This document shows positions 40,370-54,046 of a stretch of 64,000 nucleotides of DNA, one piece after another. Under the pieces are notes generated by a model. That model was not told where the DNA came from. It did no database searches and saw nothing but the letters and a program-made list of their open reading frames with translations. This DNA is from the human T2T-CHM13v2.0 reference genome, Homo sapiens. Position 1 is the first letter of the stretch. Each line of letters begins with the position of its first letter. The stretch lies in assembly GCF_009914755.1 (NCBI RefSeq), contig NC_060927.1. One strand, written 5' to 3'. A program made the position numbers and the translations under genes.

Positions 40370-40640
40370 GGCACGGCACTTAAAGAACAGTCTGGACACA
40401 TGGGGCAAAGCTAGATGAGAGTGAATGGAATGGTAACATGTCTGATATCTCTCATACAGAGGGATTAAGGGAACTCATTGGAACAAGTGCTGCCTTCAAA
40501 TACCTGAAAGACTGCCACATGCAAGGGGATTGAACTTTGTAGTCTTAGAGAACATAAGAACAGAGGACAGGAAATCACACGGAAATGGTTTTGAACCAAC
40601 ATATACATAAACATTTTTCTAGCACTGAGAGCTCACCAAT
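40370..40640 (+). mobile_element. CR1/L3 fragment
   Basis: GCTGCCTTCAAATACCTGAAAGACTGCCACATG, ACATTTTTCTAGCACTGAGAGCT. Confidence 0.55.
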
Positions 40641-40699
40641 AAAGTGTCATGAGAACAGATAAAATTTTTGCCGTGTTCACAGTTGGATCGCCAGTGCAA

Positions 40700-40867
40700 T
40701 TGTTCTCAAACATGGATGAACATCTGGTGGAGCCTTTTGAAAAAATAGGCACACTCAGCTTCCCTCATGAGAAATTCAGATTTGGGAGTCCTGTGGGGGT
40801 GTGCTCCTCTGGAGTCCTGAAATGCTCCACAAGGATGCAGACGTGCATCAGGAGTTGAGAACCACAG
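40700..40867. mobile_element. MER5-type Charlie MITE
   Basis: TIRs TGTTCTCAAAC ... AGTTGAGAACCACAG. Confidence 0.55.
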
Positions 40868-40934
40868 TCCTACTGTGAAATACAGGACCTGGCAAATGCT
40901 AAAGGCTTATTAATTTCTTGATTCTAGACCTTTG

Positions 40935-41250
40935 AATTTGTTCTCTCTGTCAAGAACATTATTCCCCAGGCTTCTGAAAGTTTTACTCCCTCACTTCACT
41001 TGGTCTAAAATAGGACCATCTCCCATCTCTTCTTGACTTTTCTTTCTCTTTTTTGTACTCATTCTTTATCTAAAATTCTATTCATCTATCTGATAATTGG
41101 TCTCCTTGCCACTACAATATAGGCTCCATAAGCACAGTAACTTTGTCTTATTCTTCGCTGCATATTCAGTGTTTAGAATGAAGTCTGAAAAATAATAAAT
41201 GCTTAAGAAACATTTGTTGAATTAATGAGAAGATAAATGTATGAATGACT
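40935..41250 (+). mobile_element. L2 3' end
   Basis: Ends ACATTTGTTGAATTAATGA...TGAATGA. Confidence 0.6.
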
Positions 41251-41789
41251 GCTTATTTGTTGACTGTTTGACTGACAAATTGAATGGTACTCTTCTTTAT
41301 GGGAAATATATTCAACCCCACGCTTGCTGACCAAGCAACGGTGCTTTGGGAGAAATCACACATCATAAAGGACATTGATCTCAAAAGTTTCCCAGCCACA
41401 AAGAATAGATAGGGCATGGTGAAAAAAGAAGATGAGGAGAGACTTGGCATAAAAGACAGCAGAATTAAGAAGGAACTAGAGAGCAATGGAGTGAAACAGC
41501 CTGCTGAGAAGCTGGCTATGGCAGCTGACTTGTTGAAATATTCACCACACTCTGAAATAACAGATGTTCATTGAGGGATCTGTGAGAGCATTTGTAATCT
41601 GCAGCTTTCTATGCCTCCTCCTCCTACCTGCCTCCCACACACAGCAGCTTGCTGCCTGGCCTGGCCATCTATTCCCAGAAAGCCCTTCTTCTTTCCAAAA
41701 GAAAGAGACAACCCCACCCCACATAACCATGGTTATGTATTATTTTATTTTTGATGGAAAGGTTCTGCATTCCTCCTTTTCTTAACTCT

Positions 41790-42312
41790 TTGGCGTCCTA
41801 TCTCCTCCTCTGGTACTCCTGCCCTTGCTCACTCTGCTTCGGCCACATTGGACTTCCTGCTCTTCTTTAAACATGCCGGGCATATGCTCACTTCAGGGCT
41901 TTGCACAGGCTGTACGTGCTGCCAGGAAAGGCCTTTCTCCAGAAGGCCGCCTGGCCCCTTCGTCCCCTCCATACACTCCCGCTGCTTCAAGTCTTTGCTC
42001 AAATCTCACCCTCTTCTAAAGTCTGACTTTGACAACACCATTTAAAGAGCAACCTTGCTCCAGCCACATACCTCGAGACCATTACTATGCTCTACATTTT
42101 TCATTTCTCCAAGGAATTGTTACTTGATAAGCATACTTTTAAATTTCATTTACTGTGCCTAATTGATTATCTGCCTTCCCACAATAACTGCTAGAATGTT
42201 TATGAGGGCAGTGAAAAATTTTCGTTTTGTTTAAAATTGCAATCCCCATGCACAGAAAAGTGCCTAGCATATAGTATATGCTCAACAAAATTTGCTGAAT
42301 AACAAAATGAAT
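41790..42312 (+). mobile_element. L2a-like 3' end
   Basis: CTTGCTCACTCTGCTTCGGCCACATTGGACTTCCTGCT, CAGGGCTTTGCAC, TCTTTGCTCAAAT, AGTGCCTAGCATATAGTATATGCTCAACAAAATTTGCTGAAT. Confidence 0.85.
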
Positions 42313-44190
42313 AAGTGATATATCAAAATTAAATAAAACCAAGAAGAAATTCATTAAATAACACTAATTCAAATGAAAAAACCTGGGAATCTCTGGTCTT
42401 TTTACTTTTTACTTTAGCTTCCCCTTTCCCCCTTAGCTTTCGCCTTTACTTCTCATATTTGCTTCTCTTCTTTAATGATTAATTTATTCAAAAGGCTCTT
42501 ATTTAAAACCACTGTTCATAGAACATCTCACTGAGCTTGTGAAGGCGGCAAAAGTAAAAGAAGACAGTGCCTAGTAGTTCACAATGTGGATATGAAGAGA
42601 AGACATTGATAAAAATGTCTCCTTCTCAAAGACTGTGGGTTATAAAAAAGGCTTACACCGTATTTCCTTTGCTAAAATGTAAATGTGAGAAACAAAATAG
42701 CTTTAATGGCTTAATGGAAGTCAGAGATTTGGGGGAGAAGATGAGAACTTCCTTTAAAATGTTAAGTGCATATTGTGAATCTCTAGAGATGTTTTATAGG
42801 ATTTGTTGATTTATTTCCCAGTGAAATGATCCCTGGCAGGAAAGACTGCAGAGTCCTGCAGAGTGCAGGGGGTGAGGAGGGGCTGTAAAGGAAAAGGGTG
42901 AGAGAAAGAAGAGCATAAATCAAGAATGTTGAGGAAACTTAACCCCAAGGTGTGGGAATTATATTCTGTAACCGTGGATCCCAGGTCACAGGCCAGTGAA
43001 AGGAAATTGAGAGAAAATGGGAATTCTGAGGGAATGTTAAGGTATTTTCATTTGAAATGCTAAGGGCGTAGGGAAGAAGACCAGTTTCATAAATGTTGGG
43101 ATGTCAAGATACCTTCTTTTTTCTATGTGACTTATGGCTTATCATGCAGGTTTTTTGTTTGTTTGTTTTTTTTTTTTTTTGCTTGTTTTATGGGGCTAGT
43201 TAGGTAGCGCTTAGCTGTAATAATATTCTATGTGAATATTGGCTGATTAATGTGGGCCCTAAATATTACTAGATAGAGGGGTGTCCCTAGAGCCTACCAG
43301 GAAAGCATCTTGGTCTTTTAGTGCATCAAATGAGGAAAATAAATGCAATTGATTAACTCTGCAATGAAGAGTAGAAAGATAGGAAGACTAGTCAAAACAA
43401 AAAACAAATAAGAAAACAAAATAAAACTCCAAACTAACAAAACAAAACCCCACCTTAATCCTAAAGAGCCAGGAGCAGAGGCATAGATATTTCAAGAGGC
43501 AGGAAATGTCTGAAAGGATTGGTGAGAACTATAAATCTAGGCAAGGTTAGAAGGTCACATGGAATTCTACTTGTGACACTACTTTGATCCTCAATTCTCA
43601 AATAGGTGATATTTCAACAAATTGAATATCCTGTACATAAGTGGAGAAAATAAAAAAAATTCCCTTCTTTAGTTTCTTGGTGGTAGCTCTAAAGAGAAAA
43701 AACTTTCTTGATCTACTGAGCAGGCAGGTGAAAATACACATCAAACAGGGAGAATATGGTTTCTAAAATTTGTTGGCAGCAAGTTGCTCATTAAACAAGT
43801 GTCTAACCTTAGCTAAATAAATTTTACCTGTTGAATAGGTGGATTGTAAATTCCTTTCCTACTCATAAATGCTATAAAATTCTAAATATATTTATAAAGA
43901 AAAACAATGTAATGAAGGCATAAAAGAGCCCCTCCTGAGATTCACAGGGCTAGTTCTAATAAAAGTGGCAAATTTCAAAATAACTTGAAAGGACTGAGAC
44001 ATTCCCTTCTACCATGCACCCTCTAGCTTCTTGGAGTTCTACTCTTTGTTTCAATCTTTTGTGATTAAGCATAGTTCTATTTTAGTGACCACCTTAAAAA
44101 CTCTAGCAAAACTTCTGGAAGAGACAGTGACTGACAGATAATAGATACATACAATAAATGTTTATTATCCAGATCTATAAATTTAGCAGA

Positions 44191-44192
<2 letters not shown>

Positions 44193-44225
<33 letters not shown>
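44193..44225. repeat. poly(T)33 run
   Basis: Counted directly. Confidence 0.95.
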
Positions 44226-44226
<1 letters not shown>

Positions 44227-46099
44227 ACACAGCAGATAGGTCTTGTGAAGTATTGAAGCCTATGGGCAGAGAATTAGACTGGGGAAAGGATTAGCTATAT
44301 AACCAGTGACTTTGGGTGGAACTCTATACCAGCTCCATCTGTTTTACAGTTGGTTCTGATGCCATAAAGAAGGGCAATGGTATGCTCTTCTCAGCACATT
44401 GAATTACCAAAATAACCTCCTTCAACAAAATTACAGATTTATTTTTGAGAGTCAGAATGTAACTTTTTAACCTGTAGCTCCACGGCTAAAAGAAAATAAT
44501 AAACACCCAATAAGCATGTATTATGGGCCAGGCACAGGGTTAGGTACTTTCACTTTTATTATCTGAGCCCCTCCTTGAGGAGGGATAGTAGGAAATTCAA
44601 CAGTAACAATATGACTATGAGGTGGCTAACGTGGCTAATTTGCTACTAGGGAAAGGAGAATAAGTTTTCTTAGCTAGGTTAGTCTCCTACTCAGTATATT
44701 CCTAGGGAAATCAGGCTGGGAAACCCAGTACACAGTAAGTAGAAAGAAGAGGTATATGGCTGAAGAAAATCCACTCCAACCAAATGAGACTAGCATTAAT
44801 TATTATCACTTCTTAACCTCTGGATCATCCAACAGCCTACAATCCAAATGAAACATGCACCTGTATAAATCTTTAGATTTGAACGACTTTAAAGTGCAGT
44901 AAAGCACTTCGTTAGTGGTCAAATGCTAACCTTTGCATTTTTCACTTTGGGAGATGAGAGGAGATTAACAGCAATTTGGGTCTTTAGAGGTTCCTCTGCC
45001 TAACACCCTGATACCACAGGGCTTCCCAGGCTTGTTTGGTGGAGATCATCTGGTCTTCCTTGGGATGAGGATCTAAGCCTGAAAATCTTAATGGCATATT
45101 TACTTTTATTTTTTCTATCACATTTTATAAAAACAAGATAAAAATTACATAAATTGTTTGAAAAGAAATACTTGTAAATTGAAGCCAGTCCTAGGTTTGT
45201 TAATGAACACTTCTATTTTTACAGAAAATGTCATAAGGTCATTGTTGACTGCAGATGATAAGCAACCCAATTGGGTGTTTATTCTAAATATATCACTGCC
45301 AGTGTAACCCTTGGCAGCACCCCACTTCCTCCTTCCACCCGGGATTTCCCACCAGATGGGGAGAGAGCTCATTACTAACCCAGAGGAGAGAACTGACACC
45401 AACACCCACAGCAGCAGTTCAGTCAACCCCTTCATTACTCTTCCTTCTGCCTAAAATCCCAGCAGCCTCTGGTGAAAACCTTGGCCATAGAATGCTGTAA
45501 ATCTCAGGATCCCTCACTAACGCTTCACTTTTCATGGAGGTCATGACTAAGTTGAGAAAGACTTTCTTTGCCTGCCCCCAGCTGAGTGACCTGCTTTCTC
45601 AGCAGCATGATTTCTCTAATGAGATTGTTCCACAAAGAGAAGAATGAAATCAAGTGTCAGGGGGTTGGATCAAAGTGGCTCTTATTCTCTGAGGCACAGG
45701 GTCAGACTGCAGGTACAAATGAGCCGTTGGGTCAGAGAGGGTCCTGTTTAGAGTGTGTCTCCACCCCCATCATGTCTCTTCTTTCTCCTTGTCATGACCC
45801 ATCTTTAAAACTATGGAAAAGATCTCTCATGCAAATGTTTAAATTGATTTCAGGAAAGATGCATGGAATATCTAATATGTATAGCTATTCTTTGGAGCAC
45901 TTAGCTCATCATATATACATTCCTATCACAGTCATCCTGTACACCTTATCTTATTAACAGTAATCCCATGAGGTAGACTGTTACTTTTCTAAGTTTATTG
46001 AAGAGAAAACTGTGACTCAGAAATGTTGAGTAACTGTCTCCAAAACAAAGGACGAGTAAATAGCAGAAGGGAGATTTTTACCCAGTTTTTAATCTGTCT

Positions 46100-48230
46100 T
46101 CAAAATATATAAGCCCAACCCTCTGATACAGCAAACAATAGATACCTAGCATTGAGCTGGGCGATGTGGGGGATTCAAAGATGAAACAGGCCATGTTATG
46201 GACTCAAGCAGTTTACAGTGTAATTGTTGAGACAGACATTAATGTAAATTATATATTAAAAAAGAGAGAATGTGAAAAGTGTTATGCCATGGTAGGAGTA
46301 CAAAAAAATGCTTTGATAACATTAAGGTTAGAGTAAGATGATAATAAAATAGCTATCATTTATTACATTATTTTAAACCTGACAAGAACTTATAAGAAAG
46401 ATACAATGACTGTTCCCATATTATAGATACTGAACTTGTGTCTTACTCCAAATCATTAAGAAAATGGGAGAAAGGAAATTTGGACTTTTGTCTTCTGACC
46501 ACAGAACCTGTGCTTTTAACTTTTACATTACACTAATTCATTGTCAGTGAAAGAAACTATTTTGTAGAGAAATTGTAATTTTAGTTAGGCATGAATGGAT
46601 ACTTTTTAAAAAAATAAAAACGTTTTCTGGTGAGAAAGGGGAGTATGTCATTCCAGGTAGTGGAAAAAATGTGTGCAGAGGTACAGAGGGATAGGATAGC
46701 AAGGTGGATTCCAGAATCACAGAATAGACAATGATGTGAAGAGAAGAGAAACAGTCCATTGCTAAAGCTAAAGCTGAAAAGATGATCACATAGATTTTTT
46801 GGCATGTATAGTATAACTTATACATTACAGAAATCATAAAGTAGTCAATTTGAAGGAAGAATTATAACCCATGGAATGGTTCTCTTGACTATCTCTAGTT
46901 ATTCTTTTTTTACTAGTCTTTTCCAACATGGTAGTCATTTTAAAAAATGATATGTATCTAATGACTTCATTTAGTGGAGAAATATTATTCAATTATTATT
47001 CAATTGTTTTCCAATTCCTAATGATGTTCAAGTAACTCAATAAATAAGAGAGTAATGGCCAAGGAATATAGAATCCAAATGAAGAGAATGCACTGTCAGA
47101 AACATCTCTTCCTGCTGAACAGTGGGTACGCAGTGGAAAGAGGTGGTGACTTGGGTGTTAGAGGAGGGAAGCGAAACTGAACTAGCTCTTGAGCATCAAC
47201 TCATAATGTTTCAGGGGGAAGAAAGAGAAAATAAAGTGGGGAAATGGAATAAGCGAAGTGAGAGCTAGCAGTCAAGGAAGGTCGGAGCATAGACCTCGCG
47301 AAAGGGAGTGGTTTCACTCGACAAGTATGGAGAGACCCTGTTGTGGTCAGGAATGTCAAGCTTTTAAAAAGGCATTGGGAGCCCATTGAAGGTTGTTCAT
47401 AGGATAGTGACAATAGGAGACCAGCAAAGCATTAGAAAAACGTTACTCTACAGTGGTGATTTTGAATGGTTCAAGAGGGGAGATACTGGAGATTTGAAAG
47501 ACTGGTTGGAAGCCTACAGCATTTGCTCAGGTAAGTGGTAATAATAGTGACAATGCAAAGGATGAATGGGTTGAGAGTTGTTACAGAGCAAAGATCCACA
47601 GGCTTTGTGAATGACTAAATTTAGGGAATAAAGAAGAAAAAAATCAACTTAATGCTGGATGAGTAGAGGAAAAATTATTAACATTAAGAGAAACTAGTTG
47701 TCACAAAATTAGAAGTTCTATTGGCCATGTTGAAATTGAGACCCGTAACATGAGCAGGCACCAAATAACATGGCCAGCAGGCAGAAATACTTATATCTAG
47801 AGCTCAGAACATCCTGTTGTTAAGCCCTGGTCTGCATAGGCATAGGAGCACCCCTGGAAGAGTGTGCAGAGAAAAGATCAGCGGCAGAAACGTAAGGAGT
47901 ATCTCCATACTGTGGTGACAAGAAAATGATCAGCCATCTAAGGAAACAGTAGAACCTTAGTAAGATGTTATTGAAACAAACAGAGGAGAGTCAGCAGAGT
48001 CAAAGCTGCAGTGCCCTCCGCGAGAATGTGCCTGTTGGTGTTGTCAGTCTTCTGGGAAGGAAATACTATAGAAGAGTGTTTGGGATAGAAGTCAGCAGGT
48101 TAGACTTAACAGGGAACAAGGGGGCAGAAGCAATAAATGTAATTCATTCTTTTAAAAATGTTGGCATTAAAAGGAAAGGAGGATTGGCTAGTGACTTGAG
48201 GAAATAGCACTGATAAAGAAAAGTTTTTGC
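46100..48230 (-). mobile_element. fragmented antisense L2 with interspersed MIR pieces
   Basis: GCATTGGGAGCCCATTGAAGGTT, TTGGCCATGTTGAAATTGAG, GTCATTCCAGGTAGTGGAAAAAATGTGTGCAGAGGTACAGAGG. Confidence 0.55.
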
Positions 48231-48350
48231 TATGGAAAACATAATTCTATCAATGTGTTTTGATAGGGACCTTGCAACTCAAAAGCTTAAGTTTATTTAC
48301 CTTAAAATAATTTCCTCAAATGGTTTCTCAAATGTATAGTTGATGTGGTG

Positions 48351-48676
48351 TTTTATTTTTTATTTTTATTTTATTATTTTATTTTATTTTTTTTTTCAGT
48401 CAGAGTGTCACTCTGTCACCCAGGCTGGAGTGCAGTGGTGCCATCTTGGCTCACTGCAACCTCCGCCTCCCTAGTTCAAGCAATTCTCAAGCCTCCGCCT
48501 CCCAATAGGTTGGATTACAGGCGCCCGCCACCATGCCCGGCTAATTTTTGTATTTTTAGTAGAGATGGATTTCACTACGTTGGCCAGGGTGGTCTTGAAC
48601 TCCTGACCTCAAGCAATCCACCTGCCTCGGCCTCCCAAAGTGCTAGAATTACAGGTGTGAGCCACTGTGCTCAGTC
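48351..48676 (-). mobile_element. AluS (Sx/Sz-like)
   Basis: Both arms, (TTTTA)n tail; TSD TAGTTGATRTGGTGTTTT. Confidence 0.95.
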
Positions 48677-51558
48677 CTGTAGTTGATATGGTGTTTTAAA
48701 AGTGTTATGGGGCTGAAGAAAAATCTTATGTAAAATACATATATACTATATTTTATTTGAACCTCTGGATCATGATAAAATGGACACTGTATTATGTAAG
48801 ATAGCAGTACTTGATGAACTAATGGTTTGAGTAGATAGAACATGTGTTTTGACATTAAATGAGAAAATTTATTTTCTTTTCTACACAGATTGCTTATATC
48901 AGCTTCACTCCATATGTAGAAGAATGATTCTGGGTTTGTGACTGACCAGATTTGAAGCCTAGGGAAAATTAATTGACTTTTCTGGGCCTCTGTGTCATTT
49001 TCTAACAATCAAAGTTTCAGACTTGAAAAGTTCTTAGGCATATTACATCTAGGAAATGTTATGTATCTTCCCTTCCTTGCTCTAGCTCTATTTTGGGGAA
49101 GATTTTAAAAACACTGTGTACAAGTGATGAGTAAGATTAGAATACTGGTCAAGCTTCAAGAAAAAGTTTCAAAATTGAGTACTAAATTATTTATTGGGAA
49201 ATAAAGGAAGGGCATGAATGAGACCTAATATAAACAAACAAACAAAAACAAAAACAAAAAACAAAAAAAACCTCACCAAATAATGAGAAAAAAAAAGGTG
49301 AGATAATGATGGCTTCTGAAATGTTAAATATAATCTGGAACAAGAAAATGAAAGAAAAAGGTAACTCAAGGAATAAAATATGAAAGGAAGGAAATAGAGG
49401 GGATAGAGGTAGTAAAGTTCATTTCGTACAGGCAGTTTTGTACTGTGCTCAGTTTTAGATGGAAGGAATACTTGATCCTGAGGATGATGAATGAACTTGA
49501 GGGATCAGAAGCCCTGAGGGATGACTTCTCTGCTTTCTGAAAGAGGTGTGGCCGGGTGGGGGGATAAAGAGGCTCTTGAGAGAGTCAAGTGGAATGAACT
49601 ACAGACAATGGCAAACCACAATCTTGCCTTTATGGTCCTTGAGGACAGTGGACAGAGCCTGAGTGCTGTGCTTCACACGCTGCTCGTCCCAGCAGAATGG
49701 AAGTCCACTAGGTATCGGAGGCTCTGCTATTTACTACTGAGTTATCTCATCCTGTTCTCTATTCTCCTGGGAAATGATTTAAAAGTCTTATCTTATGAGA
49801 GTTGATTGGGTAGCCACTGCCTTATATCTTTCTGGGTTTGAGATATACCTCTGCACCTTTTGTCTTTTAGATGAAAAGAAACTCTCATCTCAGAGTGGCA
49901 GGATCGGGGTATGTCTTCAGGGAAGCAGAAAAGGAAGAGACAAAAATTTTTCACATCATGACAATTCCAAGAAATAGCAAAATGTTTTAGTGTCTGTAAA
50001 ATCTAGCAAGGTGTCATGACACTTCTTGGCTGTAAATAGCACTCTTTCAGAACCTGGAACGTAATTTGAAGCGTCCTGCCAATCTCTTCCCTTTCCTTCC
50101 CACCACACATGCTGTAATACCTGTCCCAGGCAATACTGTCAGCTGTGACTTTATGATCTGACCACACTTCTGCTATTTTGGTATTAAATTGGATTTGAAC
50201 TTGGGTCTCAATTCAATTCAGTTCAGTTAACATTTCTTGAACACCCATAAGCCAAGGTCATTAACCTCTATAAGTGACATCCAAACCTCTCTAAACAAGC
50301 AAATCAATCTGGAAGTCCGAGAGAACCACACTTTCTTACAACATTTCCAGTATCTTTCAGTGTTTTCCTACTTAAAGTATCTCAGGTTTGCTTTAGCGAG
50401 TCAGTATTCTTTGGTAGCTAGAATAGCTAAGGGACTAGATTTCATGTGGATCTTTATTTGAGTAGGGAGAGTGTATCCTGCCAAATATTCTGTAGGTCGT
50501 ATTTAAATTGTTAGTAAAGACTAGCATGGATTTGGGTTGCTGCCCCTGACACTTCAGAAATTCAGAACAAAATAAATCCTCAGCTTGATTGCTTCATGCT
50601 TTTATTAATTTGGTGTGCTTTTTCTTTAACTATTTATTAATCCATTCTGAAAATGCAGACAGAGTGAGGTGTCATAAAAAGAGAATCCTGGATTGGCCAT
50701 ATAATGATTGTGGGACTCTGGGAGTAATGCTAGAAGGTTATTTTTACTTGGACCTTTCAGGGAGGTGACAAAGACCTATCACTATTCCTGAGTTAAGGAG
50801 GAAAAGTGAGACATTTAGGTGATAAGAGAAGTAGCAATCTAAAAAAAATTAGCCTTTGGGAACCTGGAGGGAATTTTTAAGTCAAGGAAGAAGTCATGTC
50901 CAAAGTTCATTTTTTCAACTCATTCATTAAACATTTTTAGATTAAGGTCCTGCAATATTCTGGGCACAGTTGTGGGTGCTGGAAATACATATAATGGAGC
51001 AAAGAGCAGAGTAGCCACACTAAAGTCAGCAAAAGTAAGAGAATTCTGACTCTAGGAAGTTTGGGGAAATGCACAGACTAGATCTGAGTAACTTCAGATT
51101 TAGATAGAGCTGCAATTAATAGTAGTTTTCATTTAGTTAAGTGCATAAGCTATATTAAATATTTTAATTACTTTAAAATTGTCTTTACATTGTACTATAT
51201 TGCTTTCATATACTCATGAATTATAATAAAGTTACCATTAAAATTGTAGTATTCTTTAAGATTTATATGTTGCATCGCAAGGTCCTATTAAAAAATACAT
51301 TGTTTAGATCACAAAGTATAATTTAACCTGAAAACATGTGCTCTATCTGTCCAACTATCTACTTTTTATGTTTTATATAAAAAATTTTTCTTTGAAGAGA
51401 ACCTACCATTTAATCGACCAAACCATTAACAGCAGCACCTAGTGTCAGCTTCTAGAATTTCAGGCACAATGAATAAAGGATATAGTCAATGCAATAAGAT
51501 TTTATATGGATTGTAGTTTAAAAAATCAAAACATGGTGGCATAGAAATGTAATGTCTT

Positions 51559-51862
<304 letters not shown>

Positions 51863-51896
51863 AGAAATGTTTTGCATTATGTAAAAATTTTAAATA

Positions 51897-52600
51897 CAGT
51901 GGTTCATCTCTTTACACATGCTAACTTAACAAACATACTATTCCTTTGTTAAAAGGGAAGCCCGCAGCATGCTAAATGATATTGGCTAATCCTGTATGGC
52001 CAGCTACTTCTTCCACAGTGAAGATGTATACTTACTATGATCTGGTTGTGTTTACTATGAAATCTCTAACAGTTGTACTATTAATTATAATTAAGTAATT
52101 TAATTTACTATTGTGTGGACTGTTGAAATATATGTGTGGAAGAAAAGGTTTTTATTTAAACTATAGTCAGTAGTTTGAAAGCATTCATTAAAGGCAAGTA
52201 GCTTAAAAAGTACTCTTGTATTGAATGTGGGCAAGACAACAGTAAAAGAATGAAAACAACTAACAATAGATAAAAACACTGCATTCATATTATTTTACAA
52301 AGGTCTTTAGATTTTCACTGCATTCAAAAAAGTCCAAAACAGAAAATGAATAGATAATTTATTATGAGTGTGGTTTATGAGAGAAAAATGACCCAGAACT
52401 CTACTGAGCAGACCCATACTTGCCAAAATTACCTTGATTCTAAATCACAAAATAAATACATCATTGTACACTCATTTGCCTACATTGAAATAATGAAATG
52501 TTTGTGGAATAAGTTTTTTATTATTTCCATGTTTGAAATGACTTTTCCAACATTTAACCATTTAGTTTCCCCATTACATTCTTTCTATAATGAGTTCCTT
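51897..52600 (+). mobile_element. ancient TcMar-Tigger fossil with CENP-B-type HTH remnants
   Basis: TA-CAGT start; 52221-52256 reads LNVGKTTVKE*K (psq-type HTH); 52350-52430 reads IDNLL*VWFMREK*PRTLLSRPILAK (cf. LD.ALY.WF.Q.R..G.PISGP.L.EKA). Confidence 0.65.
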
Positions 52601-53694
52601 CTTTAATGAGTATCACCTAAAGTATTTAACAAAAAAGTCAAGCATCATATTTATCAGAAATAATATTTTGAATAAATTGTAAACTATGTTTACGACCTTA
52701 TAACATGGAAGTACAATTTTAACTAAGCAAAATACCAATCCACTCCGTCTTTGGTAGAATTAATCCTGAATAACATGAGTTTTGATTTAGAGGAGTTTTA
52801 AGAAAAACTTCCCATGTATAAAATTCAGGTACGAAAGAAGATGCATAATGCACACAAATTAAACAAAATCTTTTTAAATGTAGACATGTCAATATAGAAG
52901 GACAAGTAGTGAATTTCAGTATGTCAACAGTTGCAGTCATGTTGTTGCATAAGGCCACTGAAACAAGCATTTGTACACGTCTTCATTCAAACTGAAGTGC
53001 ATTTTTTGTTTACATAAATATCTTCATTAAAAGACAAGGAATTCATCCATTTCAGTACTATGCCTAATTTTTTGTTGAATCCCTAGCACCAGAGAGCAGG
53101 TAGTTGGGAAACGTCAGTTTATTGTAACAATAAAGGACTTGATAGTTTTTATTCTATGTGTTTCATTGGCTTTCAGATATTGGGTCTATGGCTTTTGAAA
53201 CATGTAGGAACATAATAACAAAGGGAATACACTTTGACCTTAGAAACTGGTACTGAAAGTCATAAAATGACTTGATACCTGTCACAAGATTAGTTTATTG
53301 TATATGAGTAGAAAAGTCCAACTAATAAAAAGCAGGTTCTAATAAATAATAAAATAAATTTACCATCGAGATGTAATTTTTCACTGAAGCTCCAGTCTTA
53401 GTTTCCCCATCTTAAGAAGATTTTTTATTTTATAATAAAAAGGGGAAAATATATAACCTGAAGTAGAACAAACCAAGCAGGCATTGACCTCATCTAGGGA
53501 TGCAGCATTGTACTTTATTCACAACATTAGATGGCAGCCTAAAGGGTAATAGTTTACTTCTGTTTAAAAAACTATTTTTGTTTGATGTAGTCCTACTTGT
53601 TTATTTTTGCTTCTATTGCCTGTGCTTTTGATGTTATACTCAAAGACTCAGTCAAGATCAGTATCAATGTCAAGGAGCTTTTTCTTTATGTTCT

Positions 53695-53699
53695 CTTTC

Positions 53700-53762
<63 letters not shown>

Positions 53763-54014
53763 GTTAAGAGACAGGCTGGAGTGCAGTGGTGTGACATAGC
53801 TTGCTGCAGCCTTGAGACTCACTTGGGCTCAAGTGATCCTCCCACTTCAGCCTCCCAAGTATCTGAAACTATAGGCACACACTATTATACTTGATTAATT
53901 ATTTTATTTTATTTTTGTAGAGATGGGGTTCTTGCTAGCTCTTCCAGGCTTGTCTTGAACTCCTGGGCTCAAACGATCATCCTGCTCCTCCTCTCAAAGC
54001 ACTGGGATTACAGG
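53695..54014 (-). mobile_element. AluJ with (TTTC)n tail nested in L1
   Basis: GCTGCAGCCTTGA..TGGGCTCAAGTGATCCTCCCAC; TSD-like TATGTTCTCT/TATGTTTTCT. Confidence 0.9.
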
Positions 54015-54046
54015 CCCTATGTTTTCTTCTAGGAGTTTTATGGTTT

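Noticed and set aside
41509-41545. KLAMAADLLKY similarity to G-protein gamma subunits (KAAADL..Y)
   Set aside because: Too short; the DPLL and NPF-CAAX motifs are absent
47521-47536. CAG|GTAAGT recursive-splice-like site
   Set aside because: No real pyrimidine tract, and it lies in antisense L2
51900-53500. AT-rich block resembling a minus-strand 3'UTR with AATAAA near 52151
   Set aside because: The first ~700 bp is a Tigger fossil and no upstream coding exon was found
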